From: Nitrosopumilus sp.
GTDB taxonomy: Archaea; Thermoproteota; Nitrososphaeria; Nitrososphaerales; Nitrosopumilaceae
Direction of reading: 5' to 3'
Assembly (NCBI GenBank): GCA_965223425.1
Contig: OZ245003.1
Span: forward strand, 1,376,001-1,440,000
Length of the DNA: 64,000 nt
The translations under genes and the position numbers were made by a program. Position 1 is the first letter of the stretch; every line of letters starts with the position of its first letter. The notes below the pieces were generated by a model. The model did not search any database, was not told the origin of the DNA, and worked only from the letters and a program-made list of their open reading frames with translations. Below are positions 21,264-29,921 of this stretch, piece by piece.

Positions 21264-21347
21264 TCATGGTGACGTTAATTTATTGTGAATTTCACTTAAG
21301 ATCTTGTCATAATCATCTCCAAACACTTTGGATGCTTTGACTAGGCC
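21264..21347 (-). pseudogene. Possible hsdR C-terminal remnant
   Basis: GLVKASKVFGDDYDKILSEIHNKL* resembles the end of hsdR (GRVKFYEIFGDKYDKILEELQEAL). Confidence 0.55.
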
Positions 21348-21395
21348 GATTCTTGTATTATGACATGCAAAAAAACAAGATCCGCCCAATGGAGT

Positions 21396-21935
21396 TCATA
21401 TTCGTGATTCTACATCAAAAAATGCAGAATTAGTCTCCTCAATTGACTTTGCTCCTGCAATCACACCCTTGCCTGATGCAAACAACAATGCAACACAGCT
21501 ATCCTGAATTCTGTAAATCAGACCGGGGAATTGTTCTGGCTCATAGATGCTTTTGGGCAGTGTCCTAGCAAGAGTCTCTATTGGTAGTTTTTTGTTTACA
21601 TTAAACCCTGATACAATGTTTCTTACCTGTGATGTGATCTTGGCGGGTTTGGCTATCTTGTATTTTTGCAAGATTTTGCATGCTTTCTTTAACTCTTTTT
21701 TGGCCTGATCTGGGCTCTTTGTTCCCACTGAAATCAGTTTTCCGGTTCTAAAGACTGTTACCCTGCCTGTCATAGAATCATCTTTTACATAACCGCATCT
21801 ATACAGTTCTAAATTTGAGCTAAGATGCTTGTATTTGTTAAAGGAGGATATGTTTATTTCTTGTTCAAGGTCTGCAGTACATACTGTATTTTGAATCTTT
21901 ATTTCTGATCGTAGTTTGATGCTTGATGTTTTCAA
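21396..21935 (-). CDS. tbp: Divergent TATA-box-binding protein paralog
   Basis: IQNTVCTADL, VFRTGKL, YEPEQFPGLIYR, LLFASGK. Confidence 0.85.
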   Translation of the reverse strand: MKTSSIKLRSEIKIQNTVCTADLEQEINISSFNKYKHLSSNLELYRCGYVKDDSMTGRVTVFRTGKLISVGTKSPDQAKKELKKACKILQKYKIAKPAKITSQVRNIVSGFNVNKKLPIETLARTLPKSIYEPEQFPGLIYRIQDSCVALLFASGKGVIAGAKSIEETNSAFFDVESRI

Positions 21936-21976
21936 TTATGATTGTTTTTGTATTTGTGGGTTTTAAGAATGCTTAA

Positions 21977-22388
21977 ATGATCCTCAATGTTTGTAAAATC
22001 ACAAAATTGTCAGACAACCATGCTACACGAAATATGGGACTGGCATATGTTTTTTCGATGTTGTCACGTAAAGGATGGAAATATGAAGTTGTAAAACAAG
22101 GCAGAGCAGAATTGCATCGTATAAAGGGAAATAATATTGAACGCGTTATAAAAATACGGACATTGTCAAAAGAAGCGCCGGTTCCTTTTCCTCAAGGACT
22201 AGATGTTCTTGATCAAATTCACTACCTTGTTATTTGTCATAGCCTCAAATCACAGCCAAAGTTAGTAGTACTGGAACCTAAAACAGTAAAAAATTATTTA
22301 CAAGGACTCGATAAATGAAGATGTATACTGGTTGCAAAATCCCGATTACATCAAACACGATCTCTCTTTTGAGAAGGTTTTTGGATGA
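21977..22388 (+). CDS. Hypothetical protein; probable frameshift in an A run near 22290
   Basis: 113 aa ORF; shifted frame continues IIYKDSINEDVYWLQ to a stop just before hsdS. Confidence 0.55.
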
Positions 22389-22394
22389 GTTATT

Positions 22395-23807
22395 TTGATA
22401 GAAGAAAATCTTCCAAAGGGATGGGCGGAGATAATCTTGGATGATTATGTGTTTATAGCCGGAAGAATAGGGTGGAAAGGACTGAAAAGCAGTGAATATA
22501 CAGATACAGGACCATTTCTTTTAGCTGTTAAAGATATTGATGATAATGGTCAGATAAACTATAATGGAGTAAGAAATCATATTTCTGAATTTAGATATGA
22601 TGAGTCACCCGAAATCAAATTATGTAAAGATGATATTTTGATCACAAAGGATGGAACTATAGGAAAAATAGGATATGTGAATGATTTGCCCAGTCCCACT
22701 ACAGTAAATTCCTCTATTTTGGTTGTTCGACCAGCAGAATTGATGTTTCCAAAATACTTGTTTCACTATTTCAGATCCCCCCTCTTTCAACATATTGTAA
22801 AAGAGAAAATTAAGGGCATTTCAATTCCTCACTTATTTCAATATGACATAAAAAAATTCCACTTGCGAATAGCTCCGTCCAATGAACAAAAACGTATCGT
22901 CTCCAAAATCGAATCAATCTTCGCACAGATTGATGCTGCTAAGGAAAGACTAGAGACTCTTGCATCACAGACAAAGTTGGCTTCGAACAGCCTTGAGATG
23001 TTAAGAAGTAGCGTGCTAAAACAGGCCTTTGAAGGAAAATTAGTGCCACAAGATCCGAATGACGAACCAGCCGAGCTTCTTTTGAAGAAAATTAACAAGG
23101 ATTCCAAAGAAGAATTGGTTTTTGAGAATGATAATCTTCCCAAAGGATGGATAGAGACTAAATTAGAAAACTGCATAGAAATTTTAGATAGTAAACGAAT
23201 TCCAATAAACTCCAGTGAACGCAAGCAAAGACAAGGAAAAATACCCTACTATGGTTCAACAGGACAAGTTGGATGGATTAATGATTATTTGTTTAATGAA
23301 GAATTAGTGCTATTGGGAGAAGATGCAGCACCCTTTTTAGACAATTTCAAGGACAAAGCATATTTGATTTCTGGAAACAGCTGGGTAAATAACCATGCTC
23401 ATGTGTTGAAAGGTATTGCAGATTTATTGTTGAATAGTTTTCTTTGTTACTTTCTTAATCAATTTAATTATCATGATTACGTTACTGGAACAACCAGATT
23501 AAAACTAAATCAGACGCGCATGAAAATGATTCCCATTTTAATCCCCCCCATCAACGAACAAAAATGCATCGTCTCCAAAATCGAATCAATCTTTGCCGAG
23601 ATTGATGCAACCAACAAATACGTTAGTGACGCATTACGAACACTTGATATGTTAAAGCAAAGTGTTCTCAAGCAAGCCTTTGAAGGAAAACTAGTTCCAC
23701 AGGATCCTGACGACGAACCGGCAGAAATTCTACTTCAAAAAATACACCAAAAAAAGCAATTAATACAAAAAACAAAACCCAAAAGAGGAACAAAAAATGT
23801 CAAATGA
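22395..23807 (+). CDS. hsdS: Type I R-M specificity subunit, complete
   Basis: Two TRDs, each opened by LPKGW and closed by EQK.IVSKIESIFA.ID...LKQAFEGKLVPQDP. Confidence 0.93.
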   Translation: MIEENLPKGWAEIILDDYVFIAGRIGWKGLKSSEYTDTGPFLLAVKDIDDNGQINYNGVRNHISEFRYDESPEIKLCKDDILITKDGTIGKIGYVNDLPSPTTVNSSILVVRPAELMFPKYLFHYFRSPLFQHIVKEKIKGISIPHLFQYDIKKFHLRIAPSNEQKRIVSKIESIFAQIDAAKERLETLASQTKLASNSLEMLRSSVLKQAFEGKLVPQDPNDEPAELLLKKINKDSKEELVFENDNLPKGWIETKLENCIEILDSKRIPINSSERKQRQGKIPYYGSTGQVGWINDYLFNEELVLLGEDAAPFLDNFKDKAYLISGNSWVNNHAHVLKGIADLLLNSFLCYFLNQFNYHDYVTGTTRLKLNQTRMKMIPILIPPINEQKCIVSKIESIFAEIDATNKYVSDALRTLDMLKQSVLKQAFEGKLVPQDPDDEPAEILLQKIHQKKQLIQKTKPKRGTKNVK

Positions 23808-25281
23808 AGCTCCAATCATAGTTCAAAAATTATGGAATTTTTGTAATGTTCTAAGAGATGATGGTGTATCCTACGGTGATTATGTTCAGCAGCTGACAAA
23901 TCTATTATTTTTAAAGATGGCAGATGAGCAGACAAAACCGCCATTCAAAAAAGAATCAATCATCCCCAAAAAATATGACTGGAGTACACTTGTATCAAAG
24001 ACTGGAGATGATTTAGAAAATCATTATAGGCATGCTTTAGAGAATCTAGCTAAAGAATCAGGGTTATTGGGTGTGATTTTTAGAAAATCCCAAAACAAAA
24101 TCCAAGACCCTGCAAAGCTAGAACGACTAATCAAGCTAATTGACGGGGATTCAAAAGACAGGGGTAGAATTCTCTGGATGGGAATGGATATTGATGTAAA
24201 AGGTGAAATCTACGAAGGCCTACTAGAAAAAAATGCAGAAGATGTTAAGAGCGGTGCAGGTCAGTACTTTACACCAAGAGCGCTAATCTCTGCGATAGTT
24301 GATGTAATTGCACCAGAACCAAAAGAGACAGTAGGAGATCCTGCATGTGGTACCGGAGGATTTTTCTTATCTACACACAAACATTTGACTGAGAATTTCA
24401 ATTTAGATCCTGATCAAAAGAAATTCCTCAAAGAGAAAACTTTCAAGGGATGGGACATTGTAACTGAAGTTGTAAGATTATGTGCAATGAGCATGTATCT
24501 TCACGGTATTGGATCCACTGAAAGTCAGATTGTTGTAGGGGATTCACTGATCTCAGATCCTGGCGACAGATTTGACATTGTGATGACAAATCCTCCATTT
24601 GGAAAAAAATCAAGCACTGTAATATTTTCAGAGACAGGAAAAGCAGAACGTGAAACATTATCCTATGAGAGAGATGACTTTTGGGCAACAACATCAAACA
24701 AGCAGTTGAATTTTCTGCAGCATGTAAAGACAATACTCAAAACAAATGGAAGATGTGCTATTGTAGTTCCTGACAATGTATTGTTTGAAGGAGGTGCAGG
24801 TGAGACAGTAAGAAAAAAGATGCTAGAACAGATGAACTGTCATACTCTATTGAGATTACCTACCGGAATATTCTATGCAGGCGGAGTTAAAGCAAATGTG
24901 TTATTCTTTGATAAAAAACCAGCAAGGACAGATGGAAAAGCTTGGACTGACAAACTCTGGATTTATGACTTTAGAACAAATCAGCATTTTACCCTAAAAG
25001 AAAACCAGCTTTCCAGAGATCATCTAGATGACTTTGTAAAATGTTATAATGCAAAAAATATTTTAAAAAGAAAGGAAACAGAGAAATTCCGTGCATATTC
25101 CCATGATGATTTGATCAAAAGAGACAAGACATCATTGGATATTTTTTGGTTAAAAGATGACTCATTAGAAGATATTGAAAGTTTGCCTCCGCCTGAAATT
25201 CTGTCTGATGAAATTAAAGAAAATTTAGAATCTGCATTGGATTCAGTAAATGAACTGATTGAGAACCTAAGAGAAAAGTAA
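23797..25281 (+). CDS. hsdM: Type I R-M methyltransferase
   Basis: GAGQYFTPR, DPACGTGGF, NPPF. Confidence 0.95.
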   Translation: MSNEAPIIVQKLWNFCNVLRDDGVSYGDYVQQLTNLLFLKMADEQTKPPFKKESIIPKKYDWSTLVSKTGDDLENHYRHALENLAKESGLLGVIFRKSQNKIQDPAKLERLIKLIDGDSKDRGRILWMGMDIDVKGEIYEGLLEKNAEDVKSGAGQYFTPRALISAIVDVIAPEPKETVGDPACGTGGFFLSTHKHLTENFNLDPDQKKFLKEKTFKGWDIVTEVVRLCAMSMYLHGIGSTESQIVVGDSLISDPGDRFDIVMTNPPFGKKSSTVIFSETGKAERETLSYERDDFWATTSNKQLNFLQHVKTILKTNGRCAIVVPDNVLFEGGAGETVRKKMLEQMNCHTLLRLPTGIFYAGGVKANVLFFDKKPARTDGKAWTDKLWIYDFRTNQHFTLKENQLSRDHLDDFVKCYNAKNILKRKETEKFRAYSHDDLIKRDKTSLDIFWLKDDSLEDIESLPPPEILSDEIKENLESALDSVNELIENLREK

Positions 25282-25328
25282 TCAGTGTATTTGTCGAAAG
25301 TTTTACAAACAAGATAAATACCATCAAC

Positions 25329-28091
25329 TTGAGACAAATCTTGAATCCCGAAAACAAAGCACGTCAGGATATCGATAAAATGTTGATTGATTCAGGATGG
25401 GTTATCCAAGACTATGATGATAGAAATCTTAGTGCAGGATTGGGAGTGGCAGTTAGAGAATATCCGCTGAGCAAAGATCATGCAGATTATGTACTGTTCA
25501 TTGATTCGCAACCTGTAGGTGTGGTAGAGGCAAAAAAATACGGTTATACTTTGGGCGGCGTAGTTGAGCAATCAGAAAAATATCTAGATGGATTGCATGA
25601 AAAGTTTACCCGCGCCCCCATAAAACCCCCGTTTTCTTATGAAACAACAGGTATAGAAACCAAGTTTGCAGACAGACGTGATCCATATTATCGTTCTCGT
25701 TATGTCTTTACATTCCATCGGCCAGAATTGCTACAAGAATGGCTACAAGAAGAAAAAACCTTACGTGCAAGGCTAAAAGGCATTCCAAAATTGGATTATG
25801 AGAATTTGTGGGATTGCCAGCTAGAGGCAATAACAAATCTAGAGGATTCCTTTGCTCAAAACAAACCTCGTGCGTTAATTCAGATGGCAACAGGGTCAGG
25901 CAAGACATTTACAGCTGTTACAGCAATTTATCGATTAATCAAACACACAAAAGCAAAAAAGATTCTATTTCTAGTTGACAGATCTAATTTAGGAAAACAA
26001 GCACTGCGTGAATTTCAACAATATGCTACGCCAGATGATGGAAGAAAATTTACTGATCTGTATAATGTGCAATTATTACAATCGCATACAATTGATCCTG
26101 TCTCAAAAGTTGTAATATCCACTATTCAAAGAATGTTCTCTGTTCTAAAAAACGACAAAGAATATCAAGAAGAAAATGACGAGTTTTCATCATTTGAAGA
26201 TCCTTCTATAGATGAAACGCCTATAAATGTAAAGTATAACGCAGACATTCCAATCGGAGAGTTTGATTTTATTGTAATCGATGAATGCCACCGTTCCATT
26301 TACAACAAATGGAAGCAGGTCTTAGATTATTTTGATTCATTTCTAATTGGGTTGACTGCGACTCCTTCAAATGATACTATAGGATTTTTTAACAATAATC
26401 AAGTAATGAGGTATAATCATGAAAGAGCAGTTGTAGATGAGGTAAATGTAGGGTATCATGTATACAGGATCAAAACCAAAATTGGTGATAGCGGGGGTAA
26501 AGTTGATGCAGGACAATACGTTGAAAAACGCGATAGGCTTACACGCAAACAAGAAGCAGAATTTTTGGATAATGATTTTTTGTTTACCAAAAATGATCTA
26601 GATAGATCTATTGTTGTGAAAGACCAAATCAGGCTCATCATTCGCACTTTCAAAGAAAGGCTGTATGAGATTTTCCCAAACAGAACCAATGTTCCTAAAA
26701 CACTAATCTTTGCAAAAGATGACTCTCATGCAGAAGACATTACAGAGATAGTTCAGGAGGAATTTGGTCTTGGAAATGATTTCTGTAAAAAAATTACATA
26801 TCGTACAAAAGAAAAGCCAGAAGATTTGATCTCTAGCTTTAGAAATTCACCCATGCCAAGGATTGTAGTGACAGTGGACATGATTGCAACAGGAACTGAC
26901 ATCAAACCTCTTGAATGTATTGTCTTTATGCGAGATGTCAAAACTAAAAATTACTTTGATCAGATGAAAGGTCGTGGAACCAGAACAATAAAAGACGATG
27001 ACTTGATTGCAGTGACACCGGATGCAAAATCCAAAACTCATTTTGTTATAGTTGATGCAGTGGGGGTTTGTGAGCATTCAATGAGCGACACTCATTCTTT
27101 GCAAAAAAAACCAAATGCTTCATTTAAAGAGCTTATGAACATAGCAACTGACAAAAATGCAGATACAGAAGATATTGAAAGTTTGATCTATCGTTTGTCT
27201 AGACTGAATAAAAAATTGAGCCAAGAAGACAAAGATGAGATCGCCAATGTAAACAATGGAAATTCGCTTACAGACATTGAAAGAACATTACTTGAAGGAA
27301 TTGATTCAGACAAAAGAATAGAAAATACAAAAAAACAGTTTCACACTGATGAACCAACAAAAGAACAAATCAAAACTGTCTCAAAACAAATGATTGATGA
27401 AGCATGCAAAGTGTTTGATTCTCCAAAATTACGTAGAACTATTTTAGATATAAAAAACAAAAACGAACAAGTCATCGATGACATATCAATTGATGAGTTG
27501 ATCGAAAGTGGTTTTGTTGACAAGGTACGAGAGATTGACAAAAATACAGTCAAGAATTGGACTGAATTTATTGAAAAGAACAGAGATCAGATTGTTGCCC
27601 TTGATATTATTTACTCCAAACCGTATAGGATGAGGGAAATCACATTTTCAGACATTAAGAATCTGGCCAACGCTATTAGGAAACCTCCATACAATTTGAC
27701 ACCTGAATTACTTTGGAGCACCTATCAAAGATTAGATAAATCAAAGGTAAAAAATAGTCCTCAAAAAATGCTGACCAACTTGATATCTCTTGTGCGCTAT
27801 TCCTCCTCTAAAAAAGGGGAATTGCTCTTGCCGTTCTCAGATATATTGGATGAGAAATTTGAAAAATGGCTTGAGCAACAGGAATCCTCCGGCCGCAAGT
27901 TCACACCAGAACAAAAAGAATGGCTTGTAATGATAAAAAATACTCTTGCAAGTTCTGTCTCAATTGACATTGATGCACTAGATGATGTTCCGTTTAATAA
28001 GAAAGGTGGTAGAGTAAAGTTTTATGAAATATTTGGAGACAAATATGATAAAATATTAGAGGAACTGCAAGAAGCACTAATTAATTCATGA
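25329..28091 (+). CDS. hsdR: Type I R-M restriction subunit
   Basis: ADY..VEAK nuclease motif, MATGSGKT, DECH, LTATP, QMKGRGTR. Confidence 0.95.
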   Translation: MRQILNPENKARQDIDKMLIDSGWVIQDYDDRNLSAGLGVAVREYPLSKDHADYVLFIDSQPVGVVEAKKYGYTLGGVVEQSEKYLDGLHEKFTRAPIKPPFSYETTGIETKFADRRDPYYRSRYVFTFHRPELLQEWLQEEKTLRARLKGIPKLDYENLWDCQLEAITNLEDSFAQNKPRALIQMATGSGKTFTAVTAIYRLIKHTKAKKILFLVDRSNLGKQALREFQQYATPDDGRKFTDLYNVQLLQSHTIDPVSKVVISTIQRMFSVLKNDKEYQEENDEFSSFEDPSIDETPINVKYNADIPIGEFDFIVIDECHRSIYNKWKQVLDYFDSFLIGLTATPSNDTIGFFNNNQVMRYNHERAVVDEVNVGYHVYRIKTKIGDSGGKVDAGQYVEKRDRLTRKQEAEFLDNDFLFTKNDLDRSIVVKDQIRLIIRTFKERLYEIFPNRTNVPKTLIFAKDDSHAEDITEIVQEEFGLGNDFCKKITYRTKEKPEDLISSFRNSPMPRIVVTVDMIATGTDIKPLECIVFMRDVKTKNYFDQMKGRGTRTIKDDDLIAVTPDAKSKTHFVIVDAVGVCEHSMSDTHSLQKKPNASFKELMNIATDKNADTEDIESLIYRLSRLNKKLSQEDKDEIANVNNGNSLTDIERTLLEGIDSDKRIENTKKQFHTDEPTKEQIKTVSKQMIDEACKVFDSPKLRRTILDIKNKNEQVIDDISIDELIESGFVDKVREIDKNTVKNWTEFIEKNRDQIVALDIIYSKPYRMREITFSDIKNLANAIRKPPYNLTPELLWSTYQRLDKSKVKNSPQKMLTNLISLVRYSSSKKGELLLPFSDILDEKFEKWLEQQESSGRKFTPEQKEWLVMIKNTLASSVSIDIDALDDVPFNKKGGRVKFYEIFGDKYDKILEELQEALINS

Positions 28092-28738
28092 ATGCATTTA
28101 ACATTGATACAGCATTACAATCTTTATCCCAAATCCGTCCGATTTTTCACAACGAAGCAGATTTTCAATTTTCATTTGCATGGGAAATTCAGAAACAAAA
28201 TCCAGATTATGGTATTCGATTAGAATACAAGGTTCCTCAATTTACTAGCCGCTATACAGACATATGGATAAAAGGAGAAAATCCCATTGCAATTGAATTA
28301 AAGTACAAGCCAGTGTCAATGCAGTTACAGCATAATAAAGAAATATTTGAACTGAAAAAACATGGGGCACAAGATATTGGCAGATATGATTTTCTAAAAG
28401 ATGTTCAAAGACTGGAAGAAATTATTATGAAATACCCTGAAACTAGTGCATATGCAATCATAATAACAAACGATGAATTATACTGGAAGAATCCACAAAA
28501 ATATAATTCTGTCGATAAAGACTTTAAGATACATCAAGATCGAAACATTCAGGGTACCTTATCATGGTCATCAGAGACTGGGAAAGGTACGATGAAGGCA
28601 AGAGAAGAGCCGATAAAAATTAATGGTAGTTACAACATAAATTGGAAAAATTATTCTAACTTTGATCAAAAATATGGACAATTTAAAATGTTATGTTTGG
28701 AGATTGATTTATCGTTTCATACGCAAGCGCAATCATAA
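28088..28738 (+). CDS. PD-(D/E)XK-like nuclease, coupled to hsdR
   Basis: NEADFQF...E....TDIW....IELK; ATGA overlap with hsdR. Confidence 0.65.
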   Translation: MNAFNIDTALQSLSQIRPIFHNEADFQFSFAWEIQKQNPDYGIRLEYKVPQFTSRYTDIWIKGENPIAIELKYKPVSMQLQHNKEIFELKKHGAQDIGRYDFLKDVQRLEEIIMKYPETSAYAIIITNDELYWKNPQKYNSVDKDFKIHQDRNIQGTLSWSSETGKGTMKAREEPIKINGSYNINWKNYSNFDQKYGQFKMLCLEIDLSFHTQAQS

Positions 28739-29900
28739 TCAAAAATACATATACAAAAATCAAAAAATTACTTGCGTCAATCCCGGCAAAGATTGATTCG
28801 ATTTTTGCAGTTATTTTATTTTGTTTTTCTATAGATGTTGTACTTATCTCAATTTTTGATAATATTTTTCCGGAAATATACGGTTGTCCAGAACCAGCAC
28901 TTAATTTATTTAATTTAAGATTCTTTAATTGGTATAGAAAAAATCTTAAATTTATCTCTACTTTGGGTACTAATCCAATTGAATTGTCCGTTATCCACAC
29001 TTTTCCAGAATAAGAATGAACATTTCCGCATTGTGCTCCCACACGTCCAATTATGAGAACATCTCCCTCATGATTTTCTTTATTATGGAAATCTAGGAGT
29101 CCATTCCCACCAAAAACTGGAATTTTCCCTCCACAGATCTTATTTCTTGGAAGAAATTTTCCATGTTTCGTTTCAAAAATTTTTGAAAGAATGATTTTTT
29201 CTAGTGGTTTTAATGCTTCGTCATCTAGATCTTGAGGAACGAGTCTTTCTGCAAATGCCTGCCTGAGTACGCTGTCTTTGAGAGTAGACAGGGATACCTG
29301 CCCCGATTTTAACCGGCACTGTAGATCCATCAACCTTTTCATACATGCATCAATCTGTGCGAAGATTGATTCGATTTTGGATACGATGCGTTTTTGTTCA
29401 TTTAATGGTGGAAGATTAAACCACAATTGTCGAATGGTGGTTTTTGAAATTTCCTTAAATGTAGTTCCTGTTGCTTTTTTTGTTATGATGCCTCTATTTG
29501 CCCACAGCCAATACGCTAGAAAATAATTGTAAACAGCATTTGAGCATATGAAAGATGCAAATCCCTGGTTTGTGGTTACTGGCACACCAGCTATTGAAAC
29601 AAATCCTATGCTTGCTCTTGATGTCAAAAGCACTGATCCTTGAGGAACAATCTTTGCAGAGCTTTTTTGAAGGCCGAGTTCTGTAATTTTTTCTCTAGAA
29701 TCAACAACCTCAACGATTTTATCTTTTGGAATCTCAGTGGGGGTAAACCACGATATATTTCCACCAAAATATTCTTGAATTTTTCTTGATGGTGTTCCGC
29801 CTCCTGCCAAGTCGCAGATATTTTGGATTTTTGTCCTAACCCATCCCTTTGGAAGATTCTTTTTTCCAAACTCCTCCGCAGATTCTTTAATCAAAACCAA
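28683..29900 (-). CDS. hsdS: Second, inverted hsdS with two TRDs but no C-terminal conserved region
   Basis: LPKGW, GGGTPSR, EQKRIVSKIESIFAQID; similarity stops right after the second KIESIFAGIDA. Confidence 0.88.
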   Translation of the reverse strand: MVLIKESAEEFGKKNLPKGWVRTKIQNICDLAGGGTPSRKIQEYFGGNISWFTPTEIPKDKIVEVVDSREKITELGLQKSSAKIVPQGSVLLTSRASIGFVSIAGVPVTTNQGFASFICSNAVYNYFLAYWLWANRGIITKKATGTTFKEISKTTIRQLWFNLPPLNEQKRIVSKIESIFAQIDACMKRLMDLQCRLKSGQVSLSTLKDSVLRQAFAERLVPQDLDDEALKPLEKIILSKIFETKHGKFLPRNKICGGKIPVFGGNGLLDFHNKENHEGDVLIIGRVGAQCGNVHSYSGKVWITDNSIGLVPKVEINLRFFLYQLKNLKLNKLSAGSGQPYISGKILSKIEISTTSIEKQNKITAKIESIFAGIDASNFLIFVYVFLIMIALAYETINQSPNITF

Positions 29901-29921
29901 TCATCAAACCTGTCCAATGAA

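Noticed and set aside
22285-22320. Homopolymer frameshifts as programmed or phase-variable switches
   Set aside because: Cannot be told apart from sequencing error without reads
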